Shown: positions 49,748-60,338 of the stretch, piece by piece
Layout: every line of letters starts with the position of its first letter
How positions within the stretch are numbered: the stretch's first letter is position 1
Assembly: GCF_964355755.1 (NCBI RefSeq)
Contig: NC_092676.1
Span: 18,742,871 to 18,806,870 of the forward strand
Direction of reading: 5' to 3'
DNA: 64,000 bases
Origin: Antedon mediterranea
Lineage: Eukaryota; Animalia; Echinodermata
Notes under the pieces: model-generated
The model's input: only the letters and a program-made list of their open reading frames with translations
What the model was told of the DNA's origin: nothing
Database searches by the model: none
Translations under genes and position numbers: made by a program

Positions 49748-50686
49748 TTACACAGTATAACAGCAAATCTACTATGAGTGAATACCATTGAAGAAATAAC
49801 CTTTCGGTGTGATTGGTGCATGCGCCTACATAACTCTGTGATCGGTGGTTCAGCCATAAAGCTAATATATTCACAAAGTTTTATATACAATACATCTTTC
49901 TTACCGTATTCGAGTATAGAATATTCACATAAAAACGGAATTATTTGTAACAGTCCTTGATGCATGAATCTATGTAAATATTGAAATAAGCAATGACCTC
50001 AATACACCATTAATCTTTTGGGATTGTCTTTGTTGTGTTGCGGACTATCTAATTAACAGTGTTAGCCGTTTCACATATATTTTAACGTCTTCACATGAAG
50101 ATTATTTTGAATATCCGTTTGTTACTTTAACATTGTTTTTTCTGTGAAATTTACATAACGGCGGACGTCACAATCTCATTAATATATTTTACGCAATAAA
50201 GGGTGCACGCGCAGCTGTGTCACTGTGTGTTATTCTCAAAGGAATAGGTTTACACAACAAGGCCTATTTTAGCCGAATTCAACAATCGTTTAAGAGATGT
50301 GTAAGTCTAAACGTGTTTGTCAAAGAGAATGTTTTCAAATGAAAAGAAGTACTATGAGATGTCCTGCGCGTTAGAGAAAGTGCATGCCTTTAATTCCACA
50401 ACCATGGTCTGTGTTGTGCTGGTACAGTACTACCTGTTCTATCGATGGTAAACAACCTGTATTTTGTCTGTCCTAAATTGTATTTAACACGGTACTTTTC
50501 GCTGATCTTGTCTTAAAAGCAGCTTGAATGTACCAATGACGTATTTCTTTTCATTCCTTTGCCAATTGTTAATTGTATGAAACATCCTTAAAAGAAATTC
50601 GTGATTTAATTAATAATTTGAAGCTGGTTAATTTAATTGTAGTTGTTTTTTCTTTTTTCAGATACTGGTTTCAAGATGTTACTGAA

Positions 50687-52747
50687 ATGATGGCAATGTT
50701 TGTAAGAATTCAGTCTCTGCGATGCCTAGTCTTAATGACTGTGCAATTAACGACAATGACTCTGCAATCACATATTCCCGATATCAAAAATAACGTTTAC
50801 AGAAGAGATGGTGATGTCGTCATCGGGGTTTTAGCAGACGTCCATCGACCAGACGAGAGTGGGCAGTGCGTTAGAATACAAGATGTTAGTTTGATACAAC
50901 GTCTTGAAGCAATAGTATTTATTATAGATCAAATTAATTCAAGAAATGATATTTTACCCACAGTTGAAATTGGGTTCGAGATTTTGGACACGTGCAGCCA
51001 ACATACGACAACGTTATCTCAAGCTATGCGCTTCATACCTCCAGACAGCTTCAGATCGGAATCATGTACCGGTACATCGTCACCACAACAGTGTAGTTCC
51101 GATATCGTTGCTGTCATCGGCACTGAGCGGAGCTCAACCTCCATATCAGCAGCAATCATGTATGGCCTTATCCACCTTCCAATGGTGAGCTATTTCGCGA
51201 GTAGTGACGACCTTACTGATACAATTCTATATCCTTATTTCATGCGTGTTGTTCCACCTGACAGATTTCAAGTTAAAGCAATGGTTGACCTAATGTTAGA
51301 TTTCAATTGGAACTACATTTCTGTTTTGTACACCGATGACTCCTATGGAAGAAACGCTGTCAAAAATTTAATGCAAGAGTTGCTATACAGTACAAATAAA
51401 AATAGACCTATTTGTATCGCAAACAACATTGCTGTCGGTACCGATTGGGATTCAACAGAAGACTTTCTTGATATTACAGATATTTTAAAGGCATCTTCAA
51501 ATTCTAAAGTTATTGTTTTGATTGTCGACCAAGTTCAAGCAAATGGCTTTCTAGGAGCATTGCGTGTTGCGGGGTTGACCGGGCAGTTTCAGATCATTGG
51601 AAGTGATGCATGGGGATCGAATGTTGACGAGATAGATGAAGATAATTTAATTGTGGCACAGGGATCATTAAAAACACACTTTCATACTACGAGGGTAGAA
51701 GCATATGAAGAGTATTTTCAAACTCTTACCCCTGAAAACAACAAGGAGAACCCTTGGTTTCAAGAATACTGGGACACGTATTTATCCAATATCACCACAA
51801 ATGGCACACAAAATCAACGGGAATACACAGACAGTTTTAGTAAGGACAGTTCTATTTCCTTGGTTATGGACACAGTAATGACAATTGCCTATGCTATGGA
51901 CTCGATGGTCAATGACAGTTATTCAGTGACGGATGGTGACATGTTGTTCAGCTATATGATTAATACGTCTTTTGTGGGAAGCAGTGGCTCTATCGAATTT
52001 GATGAAAACGGTGACTTACAGGGTATATACAACATTGACACTATTCAGTTAGTGGATGGAAACTATCAGATAAAGAATATTGGTACCTGGCAAAGTGCCT
52101 CAGAAAACAGACTACAACTCGATCAATTCCAGATGATGTGGATTGTGAATGGCAGTAGGAGTGATAGCCCCATAGAGTCTATTTGCAGCTTACCCTGCCA
52201 GGCGGGTCACATTCGAATTGACATTGACGCCTGCTGTTGGACATGCGTTAACTGTTCAGAGTACCAGATACCGATAGATGGAGAGTGTTACACTTGCCTA
52301 GACGATGAAACTACGGCTTTTAACAGGACTGTGTGCGTCGCCATCGAACCTGAATACATGCATTATGGAAATGCTTGGGCCGTAGCACTTTTAGTAATGG
52401 CGGTATTTGGTGTGTGCGTCTCTACCGTTGTCCTTGCGATGTTCTCTAAATATAACAAGCACGCTTTGATTAAAGCTTCAAGTAGGGAACTTAGTGGCAT
52501 CATGCTGTTCGGAGTGTTCATGTCATTTACCCTGGTTTTCAGTATCATCTCTAAGCCAACAATGACTACGTGCTTGATAAACCGCATCGGATTTATGGTG
52601 TGTTTTACTTTTACGTATGCGCCACTACTTGTGCGCGTCAATCGTATATATCGCATTTTTAGTGCTGGAAAGAAGTCTACAAAGAGACCGAAGTTCATCA
52701 GTCCTCGCTCTCAGATAGTTATGGCGAGTGCTCTAATTGCGGTTCAA
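50687..52747 (+). CDS. Class C GPCR, metabotropic glutamate receptor-like, coding exon 1 (signal peptide, Venus flytrap, 9-Cys domain, TM1-4)
   Basis: IQRLEA, DTCS, YPYFMRVVPPD, FNWNYIS, SYG, GSDAW, NPWFQEYW, CSLPC..CCWTC, IKASSRELS, NRIYRIF, FISPRSQ. Acceptor at 50661, ATG at 50687, donor CAA|GTAAGT. Confidence 0.95.
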
Positions 52748-53445
52748 GTAAGTTTAATATAATTAAATTGCAGTAGGCCTACCCATATAGAAAATATATG
52801 TACACTAGAGGAGCATATATTTTATAGCATCTTTAAAATAATATCTCAAATATCACACAAAGGTAAAGTTCAACGATGTTTCCATTGACCGATACAATGA
52901 AACGACTACTAAATACAGTAGCAGCCCTTGATATGCGACCCGAAATTGTTGTATAGTTTTTTAAAAGTATATTCATTCATCTGTTTATTTCAAAATATTA
53001 TGGTGACATAATATATCCATAGCAAAAGAGAGAACAAAAAAAATATCTTAATCTAAGAGCTCATAGAGCAAAAACAAAAATATATAAAGTCAATGCAACA
53101 AGGCATTCCATTGTATGTGCATTCTTGACACATTAAGAACATGGCGATAAATGGCCATGATCAAAGAATTACTAATATTGTTGAGAGACTATTAATAATG
53201 ATAATAATTATGTTAGTGCTCCTCTTCTACTGAAATGCTGAATCCCCATGAAAAGTGCTAACCAACCAACCCATGATCATTCAATTAAGGTTGTTTAGTA
53301 ATTTCAACAAAGATTGCACATTTTCAAATAACCAATTAATGCGTCGATGTTTTCTAATAACAGTATAGATTTGCAATAAGTATGTTAACTACTACGAAGT
53401 AGTAGAGTGTTGATTACTAATTATTTTCATTATTTGTATCAACAG

Positions 53446-54018
53446 CTTTTAATCAACGGAGTTTACCTTCTAAAGGGCAACACGGATGTTGATTCAGTGG
53501 TTGTTGAAACGCACGTACGAACTATACTCGTGTGCCACGTGGAGTTCGTTGAACTCGTTGGCTCTTTATCGTACAACTTATTCCTCATTTTATGTTGCAC
53601 GTACTACGCGTTTGTAACGCGAAAGGTACCAACAAACTACAACGAATCGCGTTTCATCAGCATCAGCGCTTACACAACTTTAGTGATATGGCTTGGGTTT
53701 ATCCCGAGCTACTTTCTCGTCAGGGATACATTAATCAGGGCCAGTGTTATGTCCCTGGCAATGATATTCAGTGCGTTTGTTACGCTCACATTCACGTTTA
53801 TACCGAAGTTGTATGCGATAATGTGCTTAAATACAGAGAAAACACAAATTGGAACATACCAAGTGGATAGGACAGGTACGTCAATCAATACGCCGCAGCA
53901 GCATCAAGAAGGTGTGTTAAGAAACAAGATTGGTCCTCTTTTACCTAGGCCGCCTTCATCGGTGCAAACGCTCGAGAATCAAATAATACCGATAACCAAT
54001 TCGTCATGCAATATTTAG
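53446..54018 (+). CDS. Class C GPCR coding exon 2 (TM5-7 and C-tail); whole protein 877 aa
   Basis: YNLFLILCCTYYAFVTRKVPTNYNESRFI..YTTLVIWLGFIPSYF..FIPKLYAI; AACAG acceptor, phase 0. Confidence 0.95.
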   Translation, partial: LLINGVYLLKGNTDVDSVVVETHVRTILVCHVEFVELVGSLSYNLFLILCCTYYAFVTRKVPTNYNESRFISISAYTTLVIWLGFIPSYFLVRDTLIRASVMSLAMIFSAFVTLTFTFIPKLYAIMCLNTEKTQIGTYQVDRTGTSINTPQQHQEGVLRNKIGPLLPRPPSSVQTLENQIIPITNSSCNI

Positions 54019-54112
54019 TAACCAATAGGAACTCATTGTTCTGTTTTGTGACCTTTTTGGTCCTTATAAACTGAATGTACTTAACTTCATCGTCTGTCTT
54101 GTACCGTCATTA

Positions 54113-54556
54113 TATTTATTTATTTATTTCTTCTTGTTAGTATGTCACCACAGTGTAGAAAGTGGATCACAGACATGATACATTATACAGCAAAAACTTT
54201 TAAAAAAGATATTCAAAACATTCAAAAGTAAAACATATTTTTTAAAAAGTCCAATAAAATGCAATTGAAAGAGAAATGAATGGGTATTAAATTGTCTCTT
54301 AAAATTACAAATAATCACCTATTTAGGCTTATACTGTTTGGACGATTATTCCATGTCTTAGTCGCACGGTATAAACATATTTTTACCTTGCATCAGTTGC
54401 CAATCATGTTGTTCAATTAATTGTTATTCGACCTTTGTCCATAAGATTTGGTGTTAATTCTAAGAACAAGTAGTATAGGTTTTGATCAGCCGAACGAAGG
54501 CAAGCAAGAGGGATGTAGGAGGGAAGAAGATCAAGGAGATAAGTAGGTTGTTTAAG
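54113..54556 (-). mobile_element. L2/CR1-group LINE 3' fragment
   Basis: Minus-strand PTYLLDLLPSYIPLACLRSADQNL resembles the ORF2 C-terminal PxYLxxLL..PxRxLRS motif; (AAAT)n tail at ~54113-54130. Confidence 0.55.
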
Positions 54557-55173
54557 AAGTGACCGTAACACTTCAAAATAGACCTCAATAGACTGATCCC
54601 AATAACAAAATGGACACGATGCGGTGATCATAAAAAAATATATTATGCGTCCCTGGCAAGTCTCGCCGACCAATATTTAGTTTACTACTGATTGTTAAAC
54701 AAATACAATTTGACAATAAAGTATTATTTCTTAAATAATTGATAATAAATCATTATTTCTTAAGTTATTAAAAAGAATATCAATTCTAAAAAGCATCATT
54801 TAATGGAGAAAAATAATAATTAATACTGTTACACATCAATAAGTCGAGCGGCGACGTGTTTTGTAAGAAATGTTTCTTGTTGAAATGGTATCGAATGTGA
54901 TTTTACGTCGACGAAATAAACACGATTGCTTAATCACTTTATTGATCTTTTTACAATCTGTGATAAGGCCCACTAAAAAATCGTGAATATTGGTTTTTGC
55001 TGCTTTTAAGAAATAGAAATTGAATCCAGGGGCCGGCTAAACCAAACGATGTTTGATTGGTCGGCGAGACTTGCCAGGGACGCATAATATATTTTTTTAT
55101 GATCACCGCATCGTGTCCATTTTGTTATTGGGATCAGTCTATTGAGGTCTATTTTGAAGTGTTACGGTCACTT
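54557..55173. repeat. Perfect 118-bp inverted repeat (54557-54674 / 55056-55173) with a 381-bp spacer
   Basis: Arms are exact reverse complements by eye; explains the identical N-termini of ORFs 54413-54673(-) and 55057-55452(+); no TSD. Confidence 0.92.
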
Positions 55174-55182
55174 GAATTCAAA

Positions 55183-55269
55183 ATGGCAAAGTGTTTCGAT
55201 GGCATGTCTTTTGTCAATTCCTACTATTTGAAGTTTGAAAACAATCGTCCAGATTTGCGGGAGTATTTT
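55183..55269 (+). CDS. NUTF2: NTF2-like coding exon 1
   Basis: CAAAATGG start context; GxxFVxxYYxxFxxxRxxL motif; donor GTGAGT. Confidence 0.82.
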
Positions 55270-58200
55270 GTGAGTAACTATATTATTATTATATCATATA
55301 TATTATATAATAATGTAAGACTAATTGCCGATTTTCGATCACCTCATTTGTCCACATTGAGGATTAGCATAGAGATATTGTTCACTATATATCTCTATGG
55401 GATTAGTAAGCTTCCGATTCTGCACGATGACTGGCCTTCTTTGTGGTCTTGACCGGAAAAGCAAAATAGAGGCATATATTTATATAGCCTAAAACAGAGA
55501 ACTAAAAGCATGAAATAGCGACGAAAGCAACTATGTATCAATGATTTAGGCCTTAATGTAATCTCCTATAGAATCTGCAGTTGCAATATCTCTTTTGATT
55601 AGCAGTCGTACCCTAATCGTAGACATAGATTTGGTAAATTTCCTAACATAATTATTGTAAGTGGGTGTGGTTATCTTTTAACACACATAGGCATACTGTA
55701 TTTTTTTAGTGTGTTCTTAAATGAAATACTGTACTGAACTAAATAGAATAAATTACAATATTAAACTAAAGTTCATGTTCATCATCTGTATAATGACAAG
55801 CACCACTTCACCTTAAAGGTCTAAGGTTTTTGCAGGTATGATAACTGTACGAATTACTTACAACAGCCATGATTACAGTATTTGAAAAATACTTACTGTG
55901 GGAATCTGTCGGATGTTTTTTCACACACACATGTCGCAAAGGCATCTTCTCCAATCTTGTAAGCTGACTTTGTAAATTGAATTATAGGATATGACGAGAC
56001 ATTTAGTGGCCTGTTAGAGTTACTACAACAATGTATAATTCAAAGAAAATACAGTCAGCACTAAATACAGTACTCAGAAAACAAAACACTGCTGGTACAT
56101 TTCCCGTGGATGTAGAATACGCAATTTCCTAAACAGAAATCGTAATTTCATTTTCTTGACAAGACGAGCTTTCGGAAACCGTTATTCTATAATATAATAA
56201 TCTAATTTTTCTGCCAAAATGTGTGTTTTAACGATTTAGTACTTTAGTTTATAGTGACTGTAAGCAAGGTTGTTTGCCTTGATTTAAGCGAGAAAAGTAC
56301 TTTATTTGTAAGTTTAATTTAAATCTTTTTTAAATGGGTTACAAAATAAAATGCTACTATATGAATATGACAAAATGTTACAGCTGAAATATATGCACCG
56401 TTAATACGGACCACTACATAATCCCACACTGGATCTGTAGCTGTCATTAGATAGAGTCTAACTGACTATCGCAAGTCATCTAGACGGATTCTACTTGTAT
56501 TGAATACTTGAATACATGATATCTCTGTCAGCAGGTTCATATCTACAGGGATATTCTTCTAGCAATACCCAATGCACATAACGTGAAATGTGTATTCAAT
56601 ATGTTCTAGCAATAACAAATGCACCGGGAACCAGAACAGCAAGTTTATGGTATTGTTATATTATATACCGTACTGTAGGCCTACAACAGTCCTCAGTTGC
56701 AGGTATCCTTGTCTTCTTTGACAATCACATAACCCCTCTAAATAGTCCTAATTAACAATTTATGAAGTTATTTCGAATTATTTCATCTTCAGCTTGACAC
56801 ATCAACGCTATCATTTGAAGGTGGTTCTCATAGTGGAAAAGACGACATAATGAAAACATTAATGGTATATACTTTATGCTTGTGTCTGGTTTTGCCTGGG
56901 TTTAGTAATAACAAATCGACAAATCTTTCCATATTTAGAAGGGTAAAACTCTATGGGGACAAAGTACACTCACATTAAAACATAGAAGAATGATTTTTAA
57001 AAGGCAATTAAAATTAAAATCACAAACAGTAACTGTTACTTCTTGTCGATGATTGAAAAGAAAAAAACGAATCATAATATGCTCATTGATGGTAAATTTT
57101 ATAGTGTACAGTAGTAGTCTAAAATGTATTTGAATAAATCAATTCGCTCCCTTTCTTTATTCTCCAAATGTACAATACAAATTTTTTTAAATTTAGACAG
57201 AACAAATATAAAAATAAATTCTTAAGATGGATTGCTTATAGTGACGGACACTATTAGGAAAACCTATCAACCAAGCCAAATAAAAGAAAAATAATAAGAA
57301 AGCATTAAAAAAATCTATTTTTCTTTTTTTTTCTATTTATAACTAAAGGCAATTCCTGGAAAAGTATTTGAACACGAAGTAGTCACTTTGGATACCCACG
57401 ATACCGTGGACAACATGGTAGTCATCTATGTTCAAGGAAAGGTTACGGTGAGTTTTAGGCCTATACTGTACAAGTTTCGTTTGTACCTTGAAGTTGTTCA
57501 TAGATTTGTCAATGTACGCACCTTGTTTGATCGAGATATAACTTCGTCTGATGATTTCATGTATAATATATTCAGTACTACTATATTGGGCACTGTAGTA
57601 CACAATATGGAGATTGAAAATAGTAGAAATTGGTAACACGTTATTTTAGTTTTTGGTTGTCTTATGTGGGTGGGTTCGTCCCACTTTAATTAAATCATCT
57701 TTTAAAATATTGAAATACATTGCACATAATAAATAAAATCAATAAATATTTTTATAATGCTATACGGTATGCCTACAATAGAACTCAATTATTTGTCAAC
57801 TTTCTTTTTTGTTAATTCATTTCTATACCCGTGAACTAACATTCTCTATACTGTTCAACATTGTTTTCTGGTAACATTCATTTTCTTCTAAAATACTATT
57901 TTCTAATTTGTTTACACATTTGTTGCTCCACGATGATTCATTCATCTTTTAACAATGGTTGGTTGCATTTTACATTAATCATTCTTTCATTCTTTCTTGG
58001 AGATCCAAGAAACATTTATTATATATGGCCTTTGGCCCAAATAATATACAATGTAAAACTAAACTAAAACTAAACTAAATACCACTAAAATCAATTCTAT
58101 ACTTTGTCAAATTTGTAAGCACCATATCTGACCACATTTTTTTTTGCCTTTTGTTGTTTATTAAAACTCGCATTTGATGAGAATTTCCAACTCGGATATA

Positions 58201-58414
58201 AACATAACCCATATGCATTTTCTTACAAAACAAAGTCTTTGACTGACTTTACTTTTATATATACTAAAAGTTATTTTAATATACCAGCGTACGACCAAAT
58301 TCAAAAACGTTTATATTTCAGGTTGATGGAAAGACACAGAAGTTTAGTGAAGTGTTTCTTTTGAAACGAAATGGAGACAAAGTTAACATTTTAGAGTTAA
58401 TTTTGCGATTGTAA
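55183..58414 (+). CDS. NUTF2: NTF2 (nuclear transport factor 2)-family protein, divergent; 4 exons, 116 aa
   Basis: Join of 55183-55269, 56793-56864, 57349-57447, 58322-58414 gives MAKCFDGMSFVNSYYLKFENNRPDLREYF|LDTSTLSFEGGSHSGKDDIMKTLM|AIPGKVFEHEVVTLDTHDTVDNMVVIYVQGKVT|VDGKTQKFSEVFLLKRNGDKVNILELILRL*. All introns are phase 0 GT-AG at the recalled NUTF2 positions. Symbol denotes homolog; orthology not established. Confidence 0.85.
56793..56864 (+). CDS. NUTF2: NTF2-like coding exon 2
   Basis: LDTSTLSFEGGSHSGKDDIMKTLM versus human [24 protein letters not shown]; 72 nt. Confidence 0.85.
57349..57447 (+). CDS. NUTF2: NTF2-like coding exon 3
   Basis: AIPGKVFEHEVVTLDTHDTVDNMVVIYVQGKVT; 99 nt; donor GTGAGT. 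Confidence 0.85.
58322..58414 (+). CDS. NUTF2: NTF2-like coding exon 4
   Basis: VDGKTQKFSEVFLLKRNGDKVNILELILRL*; TTTCAG acceptor. Confidence 0.82.
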   Translation, partial: VDGKTQKFSEVFLLKRNGDKVNILELILRL

Positions 58415-60338
58415 ACGTTCCAGAAGCCAAGATTGTTACAGTCGTCTTTGATTGTTGACTGTATACGACGGTATAAAAGTATTATAAAATGAATTACTAA
58501 TAATAATAAACTATCATATAGTCTAAAAATATAACAGTATACCAACAATTTGTACAGACATGTTGCGTTTCATACACATATTTAATTTGGTTTAAAAATC
58601 TACATAAAATTTGAGAAATTTTCCAGGTTTCAAGAATGTGCATAAAAGTATCAGTTATAGCCTAACATTTATAAATCCATGATTACATTGTAAACGTATA
58701 CATTTTCTTCTTGTAAAAATGTTAGATTTAGGCCTAATTTGATATTTAACGTTATATTAAATGTATACTAGGCCTACAGTATTTTATTTTTATTTTGAAT
58801 TTATTAGGATTCACTGTTTTAACACCGTCTTGTGTGTGTCGTTATCTATATATAAATTTACGTAAGGGCAAAATTCGGTAAATCGCGCGTTACTTCTAGA
58901 ATGTTTACTCGATGGTATATAAAGTTGGTTCGTACTTTCGGTACTGATTTTAACCACCTGATGTAACCCTTTTTACTAATTAAATTCAGTCAGATAATTA
59001 GTAATTGACAATTAAAACGAATTTAGGTTCAACGATTTGCCCCAATAGGGGTGTTTTCCGATCGTGGTATACAATGTCTAATAAATGTTCATCGTGAAAA
59101 ATACCCGCATACAATAATACGAGGATGCTTTGCATTTTCCTATCTCCTCCTATGATAACTGTTTTTAATGGCTGAAACCGGTTGAACAGCTCGAGTACAG
59201 CATCATAATGTTGAAGACAGGCCGATTTTCTTTAAAAAATACTATTTTGATAGATTTAATATACGTTTATAGAAATGAATTGATTTGCAATGTAAATACT
59301 GAACGTAATAACTATTTTTGGTCGCCATTTGAATCGAAATTTTCTTACTGTGAATGTGGTTACTGTTTATTGTATTAATTAGTAATTATAAAAAATATAA
59401 ACGTCGTAGTGGTGTATCGTTACATGCACTTTACTATTTCAATCGACTATAACAGGGACAGTTTTAGATTTTTGGACTCATTTTAAGACAAGTTTCTCCT
59501 TCGGAAGTAGGCCTAATTCCCAGTGTGCTAATTTAGTTGACTACATTAATCATCGTGTCTATTTATTCGTTTCTGAAAACGACGATGTATTTATAGTCCT
59601 GTGGTACGTACATTTGAAATGCGTATACGTACTCCATCAGTGTTCATGAACTTTTCTTTGTATTATGGACCGGTGTTAACTAACTTGTGCCGCGGATGCC
59701 AAATCAAATGTATTGTTTTCTACTAGCATAAATCCGATTTTAAGTGGGTTGAGTATGCTGATAGAACTTAGGCTTATCAATGGAAAAGCATCGTTTGGAA
59801 TGTTAACAAATACTCTGGACTAGGCCCTATATATAGTAAAATCGTTTCAACGGTAATAAAAAAATACAATACATAAAACAACCATGAACCATTGATCTAA
59901 ACTAAATCTAAAAGTTCATAACTGAGGTCGTCAATGGAAAGTTTTGAAATGGAAAATGAGGAGCGTACAGTAAGTTGTCAGCCAGTAAAGATCATTTTCT
60001 TTACGTTTTAGAGTACTGGGTACTGCAAATGAGCTATCATTATAGTGTTATAACCTATTCTAGCCTCTAAATCCAGTCACTATTACAAAGTTGTCCGTCC
60101 ACGATCTGAACACATTGTTTAGAAATAACTTTTGTCATTCGCAACCATTTTTGGGGGATTATCTCGTTCTACAAAGTGTTTACTTAAAATCTAATCCTCT
60201 ATCCTAAAAACAATTATTTTGACGACGTATGATTGATAGAACTTATTTACCTAATCCGTGTTGATTACGATTAGGTTCAGAAGTAGGCCTGACTTTGTCG
60301 GCAAACTTGTAGGCTTTCACTATTGTTTTAACTCTTAA

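Noticed and set aside
50573-50686. N-terminal extension of the 729-aa ORF
   Set aside because: Non-ATG start lying in an intron (pyrimidine tract and AG at 50660-50661); the first in-frame ATG followed by a signal peptide is 50687.
54413-55182. Twin ORFs starting MVGETCQGR as duplicated genes
   Set aside because: Both begin at TTG within the 118-bp inverted repeat; only the part from ATG 55183 has recognisable (NTF2) homology.
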